A program made the translations under genes and the position numbers. A DNA stretch of 63,926 bases, filler included, from Choristocarpus tenellus KU-1152 (taxonomy: Eukaryota > Protista > Phaeophyceae): the NCBI GenBank assembly GCA_964200185.2. It is 12 parts of 12 records of this genome, joined end to end, with 100 filler letters (N's around TTAATTAATTAA, not from the genome) between each part and the next. Parts side by side here need not be neighbours in the genome. Positions count along the whole stretch, not along the records: positions 36,127 to 40,123 come from CAXNAD020016751.1; positions 40,224 to 44,669 come from CAXNAD020014519.1; positions 44,770 to 48,037 come from CAXNAD020021154.1; positions 48,138 to 51,208 come from CAXNAD020022524.1; 8 more parts are not named here. One strand, written 5' to 3'. Of the stretch, positions 37,585 through 48,258 are shown piece after piece. Each line of letters begins with the position of its first letter. The stretch's first letter is position 1. The notes under the pieces were generated by a model. It saw only the letters and a list, made by a program, of their open reading frames with translations, was not told where the DNA came from and searched no databases.

Positions 37585-39315
37585 CTTGATCTTGGTCCGG
37601 CGTTTTTGTGGCAGAGCCATAAACAGGATACACGACACATAGTTGTACAATCTGTTGAGCTTGCCACATGGAATAGCATAATCAAACCAGAGTTCCATGA
37701 AAAGAACGGCAGCGTCGAATAGGTTTGAATCCGCTGGTTTCATCCAGAGAGCTTCTGCCTTAACCACTGAGTCATCACGACTCTTCATTTACTACAGAGA
37801 TCCAGGAAAATAAGCCACTGTCTTCAGGCATCATCATCCGGTCTCATCCTTGAGCATTGCGGCAAGTACATAAATCTATCTAGCTAGGTGATTCAACCTA
37901 GTAATGAAAACACATCTACATCGAACTTGAAAATAGTTTACTCCACCATAAAAATATTTCAAAGTAATAAAAAAAAGAGTGTAAGTTTATTATTATTTCA
38001 TCAATTTTTGTATCTGTTCAGTAACCACTTTGGGAACATGGAAGTCAACAAAACCAATGAAGATACCTGCATCAGCATCAACATTGGCATCTAAAACCTC
38101 GCTCAATGCACAAGGCAGGCAGAAACGAAAAACGACGACATACACACCACATGCAACACTGGGCAAAACTGCTCGCCTGTGGTGTATCCTACCAGCTCAA
38201 CGCATCCCATCAATCCCTTTCTTTCTGCCCACTGTTTCGACGGTCTCTGCTGCAGCCTAGCCAATTTTACATCGACAGAGTAATGTTACAAAAAAAGCAC
38301 TGAGGACAAGAATTGACTCCTCACCACATACTACTAAAACAGAGTGATCTTATGTGTATAAATGCGGAGGACATAATGTATGTATTTCCAACATGCAAGT
38401 ACAAATAGCACACCAATTATTTGGTTTTCTGCTCTCCCTTCTCCGTCACCCTCCTCTCCCAATGGTCAAAGACATTGTGGTGGGGGGCAGATACAAGAAG
38501 AGGGCACCAAATCAACCTTCTCTCACCTACAAAACTCAGGACACTGTCGGCAACTCACCTCATTATCTGCCATGTTGCTCAACAATACACGCATACAATC
38601 TACTCTAGGACTGAGTAGGCAGGAGTCTAAGAAAAGTATAGCAAAGGGGGTAGAGCAAATTGCCTGCTAGCCCCAAAATAGGCCCTGTTAAAGATATCGC
38701 CATGCCTTGTCGCCCTATAGCCGCTTGCAGACGACATCCAATAACCTCACAACCTAACACGCCATTGAGGTAGGGAAGTGAACTCCACTCCCAAATACCC
38801 CACAGCTGCATACACTTGACATGCACTTCTGACCGCGTCTCCTCTACCAAAAAGAGGAACATCCAGTCCAATCAATATGAACTATGAAAATACTACCATA
38901 AAAAAAAATAATGAGAGGAAAGATGGACTACAAAAAAGTTATTTTTACATGTATCCTGAAAAAACACAAAGTCAATACAAAAATCCAGGGAATGTGCACC
39001 TCAAAAATGCCAAACCCACACACTGCAACAAAAAATAAGAACAATGTGAGGAGAAGAGGGAAGAAGTAATGCTCCACGTCCTCAAAACACACATTTGCCC
39101 ATTCACCCACCCTGCCCACCCATCCCTCCTCCTCTCTTACCCTCCAAGACGAACACGGCAGTTGATCCATTCGCCCACATAGGTGTGAGGAGGAATCAAT
39201 CCATGATCCAGTCTCGGTGTAAGTCTTTCTTGAGTATCATCATCACGAGGTAGTAGGCACTCCATCAGAAGGGCATACACTCTCTCACCATTGCTCAACT
39301 TCAGATTCTTCAAGC
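37585..39315 (-). other. Exon-like segments of an unidentified gene or pseudogene
   Basis: Open segments ending in donor-like sites: about 39315-39140 (LKNLKLSNGERVYALLMECLLPRDD...WINCRVRLG then GTAAGA) and about 37790-37585 (...LFMELWFDYAIPCGKLNRLY...TKIK then GTGAGA). No family recognised and no full model built. Confidence 0.3.
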
Positions 39316-40101
39316 TATCAAAAGCTTGTTTTCTTCAGCACTACTTTTTTTATTCACTTCACTTCCACCCACGGAAACCAACGACCAGAAGGATGTACCT
39401 GTTCAGTAGCAGCCAGAGTACACGAGGGGGATGATCAAGGAAAGGAAAGGGCGAGCCAGGGATGGTCGGATGTGAGAGTGTGAGCAGGTTGGTTATTAAC
39501 TTTTACGAAGACAACAAGGTAGTTTACACAACAGGCACTCGCATACAGGCCTAGAAGACCTTTGGGCAACAAATTCTATGGTGTATTGAGTAGGAATATG
39601 GGCACACAGCCCAATATGATAGCTACAGCCCTGGACCTAACTAAGAAGCTTCACAGGAGGCTTCAGCTGTGGTTAGCCAAAACAACGGAGAATTGGGCAG
39701 GTTCAGACCCTTTTGCATTCTAAGCCGCCTTTCTCACCCCATGCAAGACACTCTACTTCATTGCTTGATGTGCACAACAGTGTACCCTAAATTGGCATAC
39801 CCCTTTCCACACACAAAGTGACACCACAATTCAGCAAAAGATCATTCTTGGCAAATATAAATGAAGGCATCTTTTTCTTGGCATGCCTAAAGCACAACCT
39901 CGGCTACCTCTCAGGTGGTTTGGCTCAGTAGACAGTCAGACGGAACATACTCAGTCTTACGTGGTACACAAGCAAGCAGCACCCAGAAATCTTCTAGCAG
40001 CTGCTTTGCAATATCAACAGAATATTGTCTCATCATCCCGCAATAAATGTGCAATAAACAATATTGGTCACCATACTATCTTAAACAACCGGTCAACTAC
40101 A

Positions 40102-40123
40102 GGGTCAAAGTATCTGGGGGGGG
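40102..40123. mobile_element. MITE family A terminus at contig end
   Basis: gggtcaaagtatctgggggggg then gap. Confidence 0.8.
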
Positions 40124-40223
40124 NNNNNNNNNNNNNNNNNNNNNNNNNNNNNNNNNNNNNNNNNNNNTTAATTAATTAANNNNNNNNNNNNNNNNNNNNN
40201 NNNNNNNNNNNNNNNNNNNNNNN
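40124..40223. other. Artificial contig linker 6
   Basis: N44-TTAATTAATTAA-N44. Confidence 0.98.
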
Positions 40224-40545
40224 ACAGATCCATTCTCAGCTTCTCACCTCTACTGCTACCCCCATTCCCCATCCCCCGTCCTCCTTGCCCACCCGCCCAG
40301 ACCCCTTATTCCTGGCAACCATTCCGTGGAATTACCATCAAGAACTGAACAAAAATGTATGGGATACTCTCTCCCCCTCTTAATTGCTGGTCTATTTTCA
40401 GATATTTTTGGTCCAAATAACGCCTGCCATGATCCGTTTCCCATTTCCATTCGAGTGCTGTAAAAGACTGCCAAGTCATGGCATGGTATGTCTATTCTCT
40501 TGTTCTTCATTTTCAGTGGCAAAAGATGTAACCTCTTACTCATAC

Positions 40546-43500
40546 TCATCCCACAGCAGCATCCAGCTCATTCAGTTCCTATGCAACACATTTGTTTGAA
40601 ACAGACAAAAAAATAATAGTGGTTATGTTAGAGCTACAGAGGGGATGGGGGGGGGAGGGGTGTGATCGGCTGTTGCAAATAACAAGGAATAAGGGGAACG
40701 AGATGGAGAGGGAGGAGGGTGAGATTTCAGCTTGCACTGCAAGCCATGCAAGAGAGAGAGTGATTTTCTTCTGAAACATCCCCACACCCTAATCCTGTAA
40801 GAAAACAAAAGTTCAGAGCTCCCCTGTCTGATGACTGTCAAATTTAACTTCGATACAAGCCAACCCTCCAAAGCTCTAAAGGGTGCCTTCTACGGGAAAG
40901 TGGAAGTGGAAGCATAACAATTCTATCGCATCCCTTAGATATAGATCAATCTGATTTAATACAAATCCAAAGCCTTGCCACATTGGTATGGATGGTAACA
41001 CATCACAAGCAATGACAGAAATACCCCACCCACCCATCCACCCACCCACCCACCCACCCATCAGTGATGGACAACGCCACAAATCTCACAACACCAGCAA
41101 GAACCTTAGCAATGAACTTCCAACCATAGCTGCAACATGACAATACCAATGTTGACAACCTACATGAATGTACAGTGCATGCCCCAAGGAGACAAACTAC
41201 TTCGAAACCCTCCCCCTCAACCCCCTCAGGGCCCCCAGTGTTCAACCTAATCCATCTCACTTTGGATGTAAACATCTTCGGCAGCGCAAATAGGCGAACC
41301 ACGATAAGTAGGCCAATAACAGAGGGGAAGAACAATGCAGTACGCTTGAATGACTTGAGTGTCCACAGTAAGGCTAGCATTGAGACCTGAGACAGGAGAG
41401 CAAAAAGAGATCACAATCCCAAGTACACAAGCACATAAATATACACAGTACACGCACAATGAAAGACACGCCACGCAGACACACAGCAAAGAGACGCACG
41501 TAGGTGGACACAGAGTCGTCCTGAGAAAAAGTAAGTACTAGAGCTGGTTACCGTTGCAGGCACACATGGACGCTTGTACAAGCACACAGAGTAAGGTCAG
41601 GGGTAAGGGATTAGAGTTGAAAAAATGTTCTTAATTCGGTGGGGGAAAGTAGTATACAGAGTACAGACGTATAGAGTGTAGTGTACAGACAGAGCTGTAT
41701 GCCCCACAAGTGTTGTTGCAAGCGGATCGCTAGCGAACTTCGAATCAAACTATATATATGATCATGCCATTTAAAATTTAAAAATTTAAAACAACCCCAA
41801 TTGAGGATTAGAGCATTGAGTCTCTATGTTCCTGGTTGAGAAAAATTGTACACTATTAGAGCATTTAATCTTTGGAGCTGTTGCTACCGATGAAAAGCAT
41901 TGCCTGATTTTTTACAAACACCACTTTGCAACACTGTAGACTGTCTACAGTGTTGCAAAGTGTTCACGAAACGGCAAGATTCAATTAAGACAAAAAAAAA
42001 CTTTCGGGTGCCGATTTGCCAAGAATGAAGTAAATGTGAACAATTAGAACTAAACCTGCTAAAAAAAAGATAAGCCCTGACAAGAAGAATGTGTACTGGA
42101 AGGTTCACACAAAACATAGAGGCAATAAATATCACATCACATCACATCACAAAACAAGAAAAAGAAAAAAACACAGCAAAAAAAAATCCGCAACATCAAC
42201 CTGGAGACACAATCGGGTCAGATATGCAAACATTGCATACAAGTGTGATATGAACAATGTTGGTTCAAACATGTGCATGCTGGGGTGTACAGAAAAAAAA
42301 CATGTCAAAAAACATCCATTATCACACTTCCTACAATAGTTTTCTCAATATCTTCCAAGTATTCCTTAGTGAAATTATTCTGTCATGAGGAATAATTGAT
42401 GAGTGCATATGTGCACAGTGTACTAGTACAAGTTACCCTCCCCCCCCCCCACACACCTTTCTTATTCTTGTTTCCAACACGTACGATACAAGGGAGGTTC
42501 TAACTCCTAAAAATGGTGAAAAAGACACGCACACCTTTTTTTTCCTTCATGGTTTGTAAAAAAAATCCCATAAAAACTTCTAATAAATAAACATCAAAAG
42601 GTGATCCACAGCAACAAGTTCAACAAATTGGGTATCATCACATTACAAGATATAGTGGTCATCAGTCAACACAAGAGCAAATGCAGAGCAGGAGGCCACC
42701 ATTGCAAGCGGTAGATGGAGCAGACAAGAGCATCAACAAGATACCCTTGAACCACCATGATCCAGTCGCACTCACGACTAAACAGATCTCATCAATCATG
42801 CATGGCATCACCAAACTACTTCTTTAACTACCATAACAGCACCAATAATGTAACAAAGTCTCACCATCTCACTTGCTCTTCCTATTTCCCACAAAACAAC
42901 ACAAAAATAACAGCAATGACAAGACTTCTAAGGTAGAACTTGTAAGCACCAAGACGTCCAAAACCATTAAAAAAAAGGATTCCTCGAGTCAAGATACGTC
43001 ACTTAAACCCCCCCACGCTAATTAATCATACACACATACATAGGATACTAATTTTTGATCATGTTGCACAGGGGTCTATCTTGTCTCCCCCTCCTGTACA
43101 TTTATGCAAGTTCCATCTATATACAGACCAACTCCACGTCGAAAATAGTTACCTCTTATCAAATAAAACAAGAAACTGGGAAAAAAAAAATTAAACCATT
43201 CGATTATCAAATCAACCCACCTTGACAAACAAACAGAACCCTAAGCAGTGCCAAGAAGAGGGATAAAATATTCAAGAACTAAAAAGTCTCTTCCTGCGCA
43301 GAAGCATGTACCACAAATAAAAAAAAATGCATATAGAAATACTACTACTACTACCAACAATAATAATAAAATAATATATATACATACGTACCTGAACAGC
43401 AGTGTAGCGAAGGGATGCTGAAATTCCAACCCTCTTAATGCTGCTGTTGTCCTCCTTCAACAGACTTCGGTCTGTACCCAACTCACTAATTCGACAGAGA

Positions 43501-44606
43501 AACCCGTTCCCATTCATGACCTACAGTAAGGTGTAACAGTAAGGTGAACCAGTCCAACATTAATACCAACATCACAGAATGGGGGAGGACAGGAGGAGCA
43601 GGGGAGGGCAAAGAGGGTGAGGAAAGGAAGGAAGGAAGGTAGGAAGGTGGAAGGGGATGACGAGACTCTAATTATTATGACACTAAACACTAAACATTCA
43701 ACAACCTGCATGACAATCGTCAGTAGCAAGGTCATACCTTCCTTGCTCACCAAAACATCCCTCTACAGTATTACTACCACAAGAAGAGTCTCTCTCCTCT
43801 CACACAACCGATATTGCCCCATAAAAAATAACCTGAAAAAAAGAAACTGATTCATAACATGAATGCAATCATTTTTCAAGCCTCAGGAGAAACAGAATAA
43901 ATATATATATATACCTAACCCTAACCCTAACCCAAATATATATACATCTATGTATATTCGGACTTTTAAAAATCAAGAAAAAAATAAAGGTCAATAGAAC
44001 CAGAGCAAGTCATCACTACTTCTCTGCTCTGCCAACACCCCCAAATATTTCACCACAGCTGCAGACCTTTTTAACACTACATATATATATATTCAACCAA
44101 TGTCATTTCAAGTTCTTTACTGATACTTCAGAGATTGAATTATTTCCATTCAATATTTTAAAAAAAAAAATAAGAATAATTTTATTCCCTTCAAAAAAAA
44201 TTACTCAAAATTTTTAACATGAATTATATGCTTTAAATGTTTTATGAAACTCTTTTCTGTTTTTAAGAAATTTATAAAATCCATCAGGTTTAGTCCAAAA
44301 AAATATTCATGAAAGAAACAATTATCAACAGTGCTTTTCTACATACATAAATATATAATTTTTACTTCTCTGCTACAAAAAAACAATCCTCACCTTCCGC
44401 CCCAGGTAGAGGAAGATTCCGGAAACCACTGGCATGGGAATACCCCTCAGCAGTGGCAAGAGTCCCAGACTGGCTAACACCAGTGTGTGAATGCCCAACC
44501 CAGTTACCCTCGTCTCATAGACAGATTGAATCTCCTCCACCTTGGCTCCCCCTGCCGATTCCTTGTCAACATTCACAGTGGCCATGGCTCTCACATGGTT
44601 GAGGCT
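40546..44606 (-). CDS. SLC4/BOR1-family (HCO3- cotransporter-type) anion transporter, last four exons
   Basis: Phase-0 exons 44606-44394, 43520-43392, 41386-41261 and 40578-40546 (stop). Motifs: SLNHVRAMA, VYETRVTGLGIH, LLRGIPMPVVSGIFLYLG, GNGFLCRI, YTAVQ...LLWTLKS...ALFFPSVIGLLIVVR...LPKMFTSKELNELD, the typical SLC4 membrane-domain C-terminus. Confidence 0.92.
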
Positions 44607-44669
44607 CTGTAAGGGGGCAATCGATTGGGCACAAACAAGTGTTTTTTTTACGGGGTAGGTATGGGGGCA

Positions 44670-44769
44670 NNNNNNNNNNNNNNNNNNNNNNNNNNNNNNN
44701 NNNNNNNNNNNNNTTAATTAATTAANNNNNNNNNNNNNNNNNNNNNNNNNNNNNNNNNNNNNNNNNNNN
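44670..44769. other. Artificial contig linker 7
   Basis: N44-TTAATTAATTAA-N44. Confidence 0.98.
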
Positions 44770-44869
44770 GCAATAAAAAGAGACGACCTGCCATCCTTCA
44801 TGAATATCACCTCTGTGGATAACTCCCTCCCCCCCCCCCACCCTACCTGTCCGATCCTCCCACCCTCAC

Positions 44870-46330
44870 CTTGAATGTAGTGAAATGTCTCTCTGGCAGT
44901 CATCTGCCGCATTTCGTATATCCCATTAGCCTGGAGCTCATAGAGGGGTTGGCGTTGTTGGTGGCCTTTAAGCCTAGCCTTGAATGTAAGGTCCCTCTCA
45001 GGTCCATTTCTACCTCGAACCTTGGCAGTGCCTCCAAGCACTGCTGCACCATCAGTTGCAGCTCTGGTCTGGGACCCATGTGCAGAGCAGAGTTTGCAAC
45101 CATTTACCACAGACATTGGCTCAGACCCCAGTCCTGATTGTAACCCCGAGCTTATCTCATTATCCTCTTCAATCAGCCCCTGGTCACGAGAAACTGCTGC
45201 CGAAATGGATCTAGGTGCCAAAACAGGGACTGGAATCTCACTTGGTGATGGGAGCAATGGTGCATTGGGGCCTCTGTTAGGAGGAGGCCCTGAAGCAGGG
45301 CAATGTGGAAATTGCAGCAGGAATTATGGGATTAGGGATGAAGTCAAGTGAGTTAGAGTGATCATCTTCATGCATGTGGGAGAACAGGGTTACATGAGTG
45401 CACGCAGAGGGGCTGTTGGTGCACCCCCCAAAAGTTTTGCTTGGTCAATACCAATAGTTCCACACTTGGGTGAGGTGGGCACAGAACCCCGAAGCCGTGA
45501 AGCAAGTAGGGAATTGAAGCGGATGAATATAGGTCCATCAATTGCATATATAATTGTGCTCAAAATGGACCAATACTGCACACCTTTCCAGCAAAATATG
45601 CTCTCCTCCTGGTGCAAATATGATACTCACCCAATCGCACATCTTATATTGGTACATTTGTGTTTCTCCATTTAAACCTTCCCCTTGGTTTATAAAGTAA
45701 CAAATCCTCCTCATTTACAGACACCCAAATTATATTCAACCTGACGCATATGAGGTTGGAATCATTTCGCCAATGATTGAGAAAATTCTTCTCTATTTAT
45801 TTCATAAACAACGTTGAATCTTTACGATCCTGCTTAACACAGAGTGGGGGCACAATTGCGATGCTGTGCGGGCAACACCAAAACATGGTAGAAGGCATGC
45901 CGTCATCTGATGTGAGCAACAGCAAATAGAGAAGGCAGACATACGCATTCCAGTTTACGGATATAACCCTTTCCGGTTTCGCCCTGCCGACCCTGATCCA
46001 AACAAGAGTCTGTAAGGATAATTGCCGCTTCACATGATACCAATCAGGAACAAATGAAGCGGCGGAACGGGGAGTAGAAGAGTGTGTATGGCAGTAACAG
46101 TGCATAAGACGCATTTAATGGAAAAGCGCACAATTTCTTCCATTTTGGAAAGCGCCCAGCTTGTCCATTCTGAATGACCTAGCGTATTGTATGGGGCGAT
46201 CAAGGTACTGTAGAGAAAGCTCAGCAATATCTCACCCGCAGGTGGTGACTCAACATCGATCCGTATATCATTTGCAGCCACGACGTGTTCAACCAAGGCC
46301 CCACTTGTAGATTCATCACCTGTGTTGCAA
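44870..46330 (-). CDS. 5' exons of an unidentified gene (weak resemblance to MRS2/CorA-type N-terminus)
   Basis: Open exon 45289-44870 bounded by CTTCAG| and G|GTGAGG, ending LYELQANGIYEMRQMTARETFHYIQ; further candidate exon about 46330-46236 ending G|GTGAGA. The product guess is weak. Confidence 0.4.
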
Positions 46331-47071
46331 ATCATTCGAGTCAAGCAAAACTGAGATACTGGCAAGGAGATGATTTTGCGATTGCTGTCCACAATTTATC
46401 AACACCTCCCACACATGCCACCACTACAGAAATTATATAGGAAAATTGAAAAGGATGTTTCGTGTGGGTGTCCTATGTCCTTACTCAGCACTGGTGCCCT
46501 CGCGAGTCTCCCAGAAGAATGGCAAAGAGAAAATTAAACATCGACCACACTATCATTCCTCAATACTCCGCCAGAATCAACTAGAGAGCGTACACATTGC
46601 GATGGAGTTTCGGGAAGAGAACAACCCCTGAATCGAATGCTTGCCTTCTGGCCGCGACATGCTTCCTTTGAAACCTAACCTAGCATCGAGCAGGGCTGGT
46701 GACTCCGTTTTTCCTCTAATCACTCGGGTTTCGTGTCGTCAAACAACCTACAGCAACTTCGACCGAAACAGGGTTATCTTTTTTTACCATCGTATCAGAT
46801 CAAGAGGTACATGTCCTACACCTTTCGGCGTAGATGACCCTCTTCTGACGCGCAAGGTCAAGGTGTGAACGTTTACAACAGATGTTACAGTTCGAAGTAT
46901 AGATGGTTCGTTAGGCGTTCGTCAGAACTGACTCTATTTTCTTTCCACATCTTTCCTCATCACATATCATGGATCTTCATCATAGATCAACGTCATACTC
47001 TTATAATAGTAACATGGAGTTTCTACCACAAGGTAGCAGGTAGTATCAACGGAAGCGTGTTTGTAGATTCA

Positions 47072-47434
47072 ATGGAGCCTGGGGTGTACGCACTCTGCAA
47101 TGACAACTTGGAAGATAGCAGGTCACCTGCCTTGGATCTTGCATCGCCCAATCCATCTCCCCCACCACCTTGGTCATCTCCCGTCAAGTCGTCACGAATG
47201 AGTAAAACCGTGTCAAGTGACTTGCGAACGATCATGATGGTTCACAGAGCGTTGGTGACACGTAAACTCACAACGGAAGATGGCATTCCGGCCGAGGTCA
47301 CTCCCCATCTGTTCGTCGGTTCTGTCGGGTCTGCCTGCAATCTCGAAGCTCTGGAGGCGGTTGGAGTGACTCACATTCTGAGTGCGGGTTCCAACCTCCC
47401 TCGACCTTTCCCCGAGCGATTTGAATACATGCAG
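47072..47434 (+). CDS. Dual-specificity protein phosphatase (DSPc), first coding exon
   Basis: ATG at 47072, P/S-rich leader, then PAEVTPHLFVGSVGSACNLEALEAVGVTHILSAG...FPERFEY, the N-terminal half of the DSPc domain; ends CAG|GTGAAA. The catalytic HCxxGxxR exon is not in this contig. Confidence 0.88.
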
Positions 47435-48008
47435 GTGAAAATTACGAACTTCAGTGCCCAACATGCTGCGATCGGAACTTAATGTTGGTTCATGCTGGTT
47501 GGGGGAGTTGTTTATGGTGGATTTTGAGCTGGATGTAGATTTAGCTCTCCATTCACCTACATTTCATCCGCAACAGCAGCATATGACCTCTACCGTTCAC
47601 TCTTCCTCCCTCCCCTTACCCATTCGTATAGCATTGATGTGAACGTGTTATTGAAGGTGTAATAGTAATGCTTTTTGGACTCAATGTGAAACGATGGTTG
47701 GACTGAACTTATGTTTTATGGTAGGTCCACTTTGGGATCAATGGAAATATCACATCACGATCCATTGTGAAATCGCACTTGAACTTATACCGCATCTGAA
47801 CGGGTTTTGTGAGCTCACTCTCAGCTTCAGAGTGTGTCGAGTTGAGTTGATTTGACTCCTGGATTAGACTTTTTAGTAGCACCCGTAGAGCTCCTGAAAG
47901 GATTTTAGGTGACCAGGTAATGAAGTGGATATCGAGAACAGGGAAATATATGTACTCTTTATTATTCAGGTGACAAGCAAACAAAAGGATAAGAAAGATG
48001 GCAGTAGT

Positions 48009-48037
48009 GACCCGAAGTATCTGGGGGGGGGGGGGGG
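48009..48037. mobile_element. MITE family A terminus at contig end
   Basis: gacccgaagtatctggggggg then gap. Confidence 0.8.
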
Positions 48038-48137
48038 NNNNNNNNNNNNNNNNNNNNNNNNNNNNNNNNNNNNNNNNNNNNTTAATTAATTAANNNNNNN
48101 NNNNNNNNNNNNNNNNNNNNNNNNNNNNNNNNNNNNN
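48038..48137. other. Artificial contig linker 8
   Basis: N44-TTAATTAATTAA-N44. Confidence 0.98.
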
Positions 48138-48258
48138 CACCCCCATACTGATTCTTCGCCCCCCCGGCTCTTAGTTGTTGCCCTTCCACCCCCCCCCCCC
48201 CCCCCATTAAAGGACCCTCTGTACAACCGAGCGTAGCACCATTCCACAACTAACTCAC

